Assembly: GCA_964016885.1 (NCBI GenBank)
Contig: OZ024749.1
Coordinates: 15,376,001 to 15,440,000, forward strand
From: Eledone cirrhosa
Taxonomy: Eukaryota
Length of the DNA: 64,000 nucleotides
Direction: 5' to 3'
The translations under genes were made by a program, and so were the position numbers. Below the pieces are notes generated by a model, which saw only the letters and a list, made by a program, of their open reading frames with translations, ran no database searches and was not told where the DNA came from. Below, in pieces: positions 57,573 to 64,000 of the stretch. Every line of letters begins with the position of its first letter. Positions within the stretch are counted from its first letter, which is position 1.

Positions 57573-57785
57573 GTGCCTAGCTTGAGAAGATAGGAATTAC
57601 CATCAGGACAGGATTGTTGCAGAAAACAGCCTTTCTGGGACCAGCCAGAATTCTAAGAAGGGTGTTGCAAAATTGAAGAGAAGGAATGACCTAAAAAGCA
57701 TTTGGCCATTGGCTATGGCTCACTTATTTGGTATAACATCTGCTGGAGCAAAAGTGTTACGAACAACAACAACAGCAATAATAAT
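57573..57785 (+). pseudogene. C-terminus, 3'UTR and (AAC/AAT)n tail of R4/Dong-like element
   Basis: GA*LEKIGITIRTGLLQKTAFLGPARILRRVLQN* (stop 57676) directly after the last monomer. Confidence 0.85.
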
Positions 57786-58140
57786 TTCTTTATTAGCCAC
57801 ACAGGGTTGACATTAAAGAAACATTAAAGATAAATTTTCTTAGATAATGCAGGACGATACAGTGAGGGTTTTTCTTTTTGTAAAATAAAATTTATAAAAG
57901 AGACTAAGAAAATAAACATTTAAAACAAACATAACAACTTCCCCAAAGTTGAAGAGACACTAAGGGCCACTCGTGTAGAACTCCCACAAAAGCCACGGTC
58001 ACCTTGTCCACTAGGGCAAGGTGACCTCTCCCAGTTTTTCTACTCCAATCTACAGGCGTATACTGAAGGCAGGTCCATTCACACGGACCATGTTCGCCAC
58101 TCTCCCCCACCTTTCAACAAACTGTTTGGAAGGCAGCCCT
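57786..58140 (-). mobile_element. 3' end of Tx1/L1-type LINE
   Basis: FVERWGRVANMVRVNGPAFSIRL* matches the 61179 ORF C-terminus; ends ggctaataaagaa. Confidence 0.75.
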
Positions 58141-58571
58141 CCCCTCAACAACAGTAATGCTAACAATGGCCAATAACTCTAAACTATAACCTATTTACTC
58201 TCTAACCAAAATGTTCCTTGAGAAACTTTTCACTAAAATTATTTGTTTTTCAGTTTTTTTTTCATTTTGTTCAAACTTTTTCTCTTTTTTATTCGTTATT
58301 GCACTGTTTTTACTATTTGTTTTGTTGTTGTTTTTAACAGCTTTGTTGTTTTTTTTGTTTCCTGTTAACCTTTCGAGGACTGGAATATAGAATGGATGTA
58401 TAAGAGATATATATATACACATATATATACATGCAAATACACACACACACACCCATACATATATATATAGATATATATGTATACATACGATATATATGTA
58501 TATATATGTATACATACGAACACACACACATATATATACATGCAAATATACACACACACACACACATATAT

Positions 58572-58971
58572 ATGGTGGCTGCCAACTCGTTTTCGAGTAT
58601 GGCCACTACTTTATATCCATGTAGGAGGACCCCTACCGATGCGCTGAACGAATGTGACTTTTTAGTCCAGCCAGCGACTTGAAAACTCTGGTACAAACAC
58701 TACACTTGTGACAATTATTGACACATAGTGCTGGGCCCATGGTACCATGTGACGACAAGTGCAGAGAGATCTCCAGATATAAAGCAATGCCTGTGCTGTG
58801 AAGCTTTTATAGTGAGCAAAGCCAGTCCCACTCTCTTAACCAAGATGATATTTACCAAAAAGAAGAACAAGTCAACATCATTGGATACCATCAGGGTTGC
58901 AGGTGTTATATCAGAGTTTTCCTTCTCCTAGAATTCTGCCTTGACAAAGGCTAAGGGGTCATCTCTCCCGG
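58572..58971 (-). mobile_element. short non-autonomous RTE-like element copy 3
   Basis: highly similar to 4232 and 6295 copies. Confidence 0.6.
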
Positions 58972-59110
58972 ATGATATATATATAGAGATATATATACAT
59001 ACGAACACACATACATATACATGCAAATTCACACACACTCACACCCACACATATATATATATATAGATATATATACATACGAACACACACACATATATAT
59101 ACTTGCAAAT

Positions 59111-59185
<75 letters not shown>

Positions 59186-59187
<2 letters not shown>

Positions 59188-59376
59188 TACGTTATTCCGG
59201 GTTGAATCGGAGGTAACCACAGTAAGTAAGGTACTCAATACATTGCAGAGTATAAAAGTTTTAATATAGATGAGATTCTACAGGACTAGAACTGTTTCAT
59301 TCTTTAGAAATCATCAGGAATCCTGATGATTTCTAAAGAATGAAACAGTTCTAGTCCTGTAGAATCTCATCTATAT
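59186..59376 (-). mobile_element. PLE-like remnant: perfect 113-bp palindrome (59264-59376) plus tail
   Basis: 56-bp arms, 1-nt loop at 59320; (TA)n flanks. Confidence 0.8.
59273..59323 (-). ncRNA. type I hammerhead ribozyme
   Basis: ggattc-CTGATGA-t ttc taaa gaa t-GAAA-cag ttctagtc ctg-TA-gaatct: 6-bp stem I, GUA site. Confidence 0.8.
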
Positions 59377-59644
59377 ATATGTATACATGCTAATACACAC
59401 ATACTCTCTCTCTCTCTCACACACGCACACATATATATCTACATGCAAACACACACACACAATATATATGTATGTATATTTGATAAAGTTAGGACATTAA
59501 CAAGGAGAGGACAAGACAACGATCGAAATCGAGGCAAAAGGAAAAACTATTTTTGGGAGGGAAACCTTAAAAAAATATTTTTTGAAAATCAAAATCAAAC
59601 GAAAGAAACGGTACTGCTGATCAGATAGATAGATATATAGAGTA

Positions 59645-59704
<60 letters not shown>

Positions 59705-59885
59705 GGAGAGGGAGAGAGAGAGATGGGGAGAGAGAGAGATGGAGAGGGAGAGAGATGGAGAGGGAGAGAGAGATGGAGAGGGAGAGAGATGGAGAGGGAG
59801 AGAGATGGAGAGGGAGAGAGAGCGAGAGAGAGGGAGGGATATATATATATATAGAGAGAGAGAGAGAGGGAGGGAGAGAGAGAGA
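59645..59885. repeat. (GA)n / 16-bp GA-rich repeat
   Basis: direct reading. Confidence 0.9.
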
Positions 59886-59967
59886 TGTCATTGCACAATG
59901 GACCAAAAAATAGGTTTTCTTTTCTAGAATTGTTAGTGTTGTTATCACTACACGTGGTAGGTTGATG

Positions 59968-60169
59968 GAGCGTGGTTTAATGGTTAGGGTATTCGGCTCA
60001 GGATCTTAAGGTGGTATCACACATCGGTGTCACGCTGAATCTCTCTGAGTATTATGTTTGGGCTACACGTGTCTGTGGAATGTCTGGACACTTGCACGTT
60101 ATCATTTCACGACAAAGTTGTTCTGGAGCACTCCTTGTTAGAACCGTCGGAAGTCCAACAATTACATCC

Positions 60170-60205
<36 letters not shown>

Positions 60206-60315
60206 AATGGTGACAACAACAACGACAACAACACTCACCACTACCATCACTACCAATCATATTCAGTCTCGTGACCAAGCTGGAGCACCGCCTCGAAGAC
60301 ATTTTGGGACAATCA
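59968..60315 (+). mobile_element. tRNA-derived SINE (deleted) interrupted by (AAC)n
   Basis: head ggagcgtggtttaatggttagggtattcggctc. Confidence 0.5.
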
Positions 60316-60698
60316 TATAGATACCAATACTTATTTCGTTTCAACTTGGTTATATACTTATCTATCTCGTTTTGACGAACTGCATTGTCAGCCCCCACTA
60401 ATTAAAGCCCCAGCCCCCACTAATTAAAGCCCCCGCCCCCTCCCCCTTATATATTAAGGAATTTATTGAAGTCGTACTTGCACGAAAGCAACACGAGTGG
60501 TTGATTTAGGAATGACGGTGGCAAAAAAAAACAACATAAACAACAAATAACAAGGAAAAATCCCATATATAGAGACAGAGAGAGAGGGTGGGGAGGGGGT
60601 GGGGGGAGAGGGGTGGGGGAGAGAGGGATGGGGAGAGAGGGGTGGGGAGAGAGAATGATCGATAGATAGATAGATAGATAGGGGTGTAGATAGGTAGG

Positions 60699-60741
<43 letters not shown>

Positions 60742-60987
60742 GTAGGTAGGTAGATAGGTAAAATAATGAGTATAGCCGAAGTTGCAGCTGCACTATAGCA
60801 GATGAATACTCGAATCATAAGAGGCAGCCATGAAGCACTCAACCAGTGAGGAATTTAAGAAATTTCTACTCAGAGCAAACACAAAAAGTTAAGGAATAGC
60901 GACACCAAGAATAAATCAACCAGAAGCATATCGCCACAGTAATACAACATCGATATATATAAACATAGAAATATAGATAGATAGATT

Positions 60988-63900
60988 TCCTTATTTACCA
61001 TAAAGGTATAAAAAGAAGGGACAAATACAAAGGGGGAGTTTACATAAAACCGAGTAAAAAGGGTATAAAATGAAAATAATCAAAAACAACCTCAAAAGGG
61101 AGGGGACGTGATGGGGGTTGCAATCCTTTGCCCGGGGAGCACATGGAGAAGGTGCTCCCCTCTCCTTCACTTCTTTACCTACAGGATGGTATACAGAGAA
61201 GGCCCATTTACACGAGCCATTCTCGCCACTATCACCCACCTTTCATAAAACTGCCTGTGGCCAAGCACCTCTCTCTCCATTCTTATCCTTCTTCCGAAGT
61301 GATATCGGAAGAAGTAGACCAGACTATGGCCAGAGAGGAAGTTGCCTGACCTCAGACCTTTCAATCGTGTCCACCAAACAACCTCTTTCAACATGGCTAT
61401 TACGCATAGAAAAACTGCCTTTGCTTCCTTTGTGAAGAGGGGAGGCAACTTGATTGTTATCACGGACTCGGCGGTCAATCGAATCGGCGCCACCCGCGAC
61501 ACCAGTCGTTCGGCGTAGCCCCACAGATCAGCCACGCCCGGACAGTGCACCAATGCGTGCGCAACGGTTTCTTCGTGATGCACGCATCTAGGGCAAATCT
61601 TTTTCGAGGGATCCCTGCCCGGGCGCCCGTGTCTGTAGAGCTTTTCTCGAACGGGTAGAGCCCCCCGGTAGCACTGCCAGGCCAGTGACTTCTGGAAGTT
61701 GTCCATTGGTCCCGGGCCGAAAGTCCTACTGAATAGGCTGGCCAGTTCGTCCTTTTCCATGTCCAGTGACTCTCCAAGGGTGTCATCGCCCCTGCTAGCC
61801 ACCAGCCCTCTATAGAATGACGAGGTGGATTCTCCACCGATGGCTGGGTCCGCTTGCCAGAGAGCCCTGAGCGCCTGGGCACACTCAGTGTGCCAGTCGC
61901 CCAGTTTTCCGGATCTTTGCTTGACCCAGGACTGCAGCTCGGTGAGCGAGACGAGTCTCGGAAAGGCTCGTCTCACGAACGGAGCCCACACCGGTTGACC
62001 AGTGAGGAATACCTGTAGGTGCCGTAGCCTTAATGCGTGCCTACGCATCATCAACCACGGCATCCCCAGCCTTCCTTTCGAAGGTTGTTGGCAGCAGATG
62101 GATCTTCTCACCATAGGAGGGCGCTTCTTCCAAAGAAATTGAAAGAGCATGCGTTCCATGGTGGTGAGTGTTTCCTTAGGGCAAGGCGCGACAGTCAGGC
62201 GGTAGTAGGTGACGGACGCTATGTAAATGTTCGCCACATCTGCCCGACCTTTCAGGGACAGCTTACACTTGGCCCATTTCTGGGTCAGTGCAAACACCTT
62301 GCTCGTAACCTCGCCCCAGTTCTTTTCCACCTGGAGGTCCGGTCCAAACCGGACCCCAAGCAACTTCACCGGGCCCTCCGTCCAGTGTCCGACGACACCG
62401 TCGGGAGGCATTGGTCTGCCTCTCCACGTTCCGAGTTGCAGCCCGATGGATTTTTCCCGGTTCAGTTTCGCTCCTGACAACCTTTCGTATTCCTCCAGTA
62501 AGGTACCGATCGCCTCGATCTCCGAGTCGGTCGATACCATTACTGTTACGTCATCGGCGTAGGACGACACCGCTTTGCTCAATCCTGGTTCCAGGGGGAT
62601 ACCCTGCAACAACTCCAACTTCCTCAGTAAAGGCTCGAGAGTCAATACGTACAAAAGGGAGGAGAGAGGGCACCCCTGTCGAATGGATCGTGTGATTTCG
62701 AACGGCTTCGAAAGGTAGCCGTTCACCTTGATCCTAGAACAGATGTGGTTGCTATGTAAGGCAGTGATCCAGCCTCTGAAAACAGGACCGAACTCAGCCG
62801 CCGCTAGCACCGCATCCAGGTAACCATGGTCGACATTATCGAACGCCTTAGACTGATCCAAGTTGATCAGGGCCCCACCGAAGCCGGGTTTGTTGCCAAA
62901 CCTCTCTATGATGTATCGCATGAGGTGGAGGTTGTCGTGAATGAACCTGGATGAGATAGCACATGTCTGCGCATATCCCACCAGGCTACCCACGACAAGC
63001 GCCAACCTCTTTGCTAACACCTTGGCCAAAATCTTTAACTCTGTGTTTAGCAGGGTTATGGGCCGAAAATTATTTATACTATCCCCCTTGTTCTCGTCCT
63101 TCCTCACCAGCGAGACTACGCGCTTGGCTACAGAACAAGGAATTCTCCCGTTCTGCTGCCAATTGCAGTAGACTGCTTCGAGGAGTTCGGAGAAGAAGAC
63201 CGGCATTGCTAAATAAAGTTCGTAAGGTATACCATCGAGACCTGGAGATTTGCGTCTGCTGCATTGGCTCAGCGCATCCCCGATTTCATCAGCCGAGATT
63301 GGTCCCTCGCAGGACTCTGCCTCTTCGCTCGAAAGACGCGGCAGGCCGTCGAGGCATGGACCGAAATCCACGTCCCCACCCGGACCCTCCCCTCCCCCGA
63401 ACAATCGTGCAAAGTGCCTTTGAAAGGCCTCGCACATCTGCTTAGTCTCCCGGATCACCCGTCCATCCTCGTCTTGCAAAGAGCGGATGGTGGATCGATT
63501 TCCACTCTTAGCTTCTGTCACGCGGGCCCAGCCAACGGCTTTGGCCCCCTCATTACCTAGAGCACGTATTTTACTTCGAATGACGCAGCCTTCGTGCTTT
63601 GCATCGAAAAACTGGCTCAAGGCCGTCCTCGATGCCAGCACTCTGGCCACATCTTCGCTCTTGATTGCCTCTTCTAATTTACCTGTTAATTCTTTCTCGT
63701 TCCTATTCCTATCGGCAGCTAACATCTTGCTATAACTTATTGATTCTGTTCTAATCTCTCTTTTGAGAGATGCCCACCATCAGTTGTTGACGATTGCACC
63801 CGTCAACCTCTCCTTAACTAATCTGCTAATCCGGTCTCGGTAAGCCTCTTTTGCCGGTAAAGACAAATTAAGTTTCCAGTAACCGGGACCCTGTCTATGT

Positions 63901-64000
63901 TTTCTCTCGAGGTTGACTACGCAGGTCACTAATTTGTGATCTGTATAGCCAACCGTGAGCATTTCTGGACAGCTTAATATGTCCCTATCCTTACTTCTAA
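60988..64000 (-). mobile_element. Tx1/L1-clade LINE running off the window end
   Basis: ORF2 plus 3'UTR ending taaataaggaaa then (TCTA)n. Confidence 0.92.
61179..64000 (-). CDS. LINE ORF2 (APE C-terminus, RT, CCHC knuckle); one in-frame TGA at 63780-63782
   Basis: TDHKLV..GPGYWKLNLSL; KSPGLDGIP; NFRPITLLN; LDQSKAFD; IRQGCPLS; SYADDV; CPRC..EETVAHALVHC; the 63962 and 63725 ORFs share a frame. Confidence 0.92.

Noticed and set aside
62037-63735. Plus-strand ORFs
   Set aside because: Antisense shadows of the LINE ORF2

Overview
Repeat-saturated, gene-poor eukaryotic DNA. The SINE family and microsatellite load point to an octopod cephalopod (inference). No host protein-coding gene is supported, and most listed ORFs are (TA)n/(CA)n/(GA)n/(GGT)n artefacts. 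Content: (1) a Penelope-like element (PLE) with an open RT+GIY-YIG frame and ~480-bp inverted pseudo-LTRs (26455-30202), an older sister copy in the opposite orientation, and more than 10 short fold-back PLE-like remnants in (TA)n tracts. Many carry minimal hammerhead ribozymes (HHR), including a recurrent compensatory U3:A8 core variant. (2) A ~13.8-kb array of ~234 59-bp monomers (43805-57572) derived from the endonuclease-coding end of an R4/Dong-type retrotransposon. It has a 3106-bp higher-order duplication and a hairpin whose common variants preserve RNA pairing. (3) Tx1/L1-type LINEs, one nearly intact, with two different subfamilies next to the same flanking sequence. (4) An RTE LINE with a twin-priming-type inversion, short RTE-like non-autonomous elements, a Helitron, a deleted Tc1, MITEs, tRNA-derived SINEs, minisatellites and a degenerate TTAGGG tract. 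All calls are by eye; no database searches were run.
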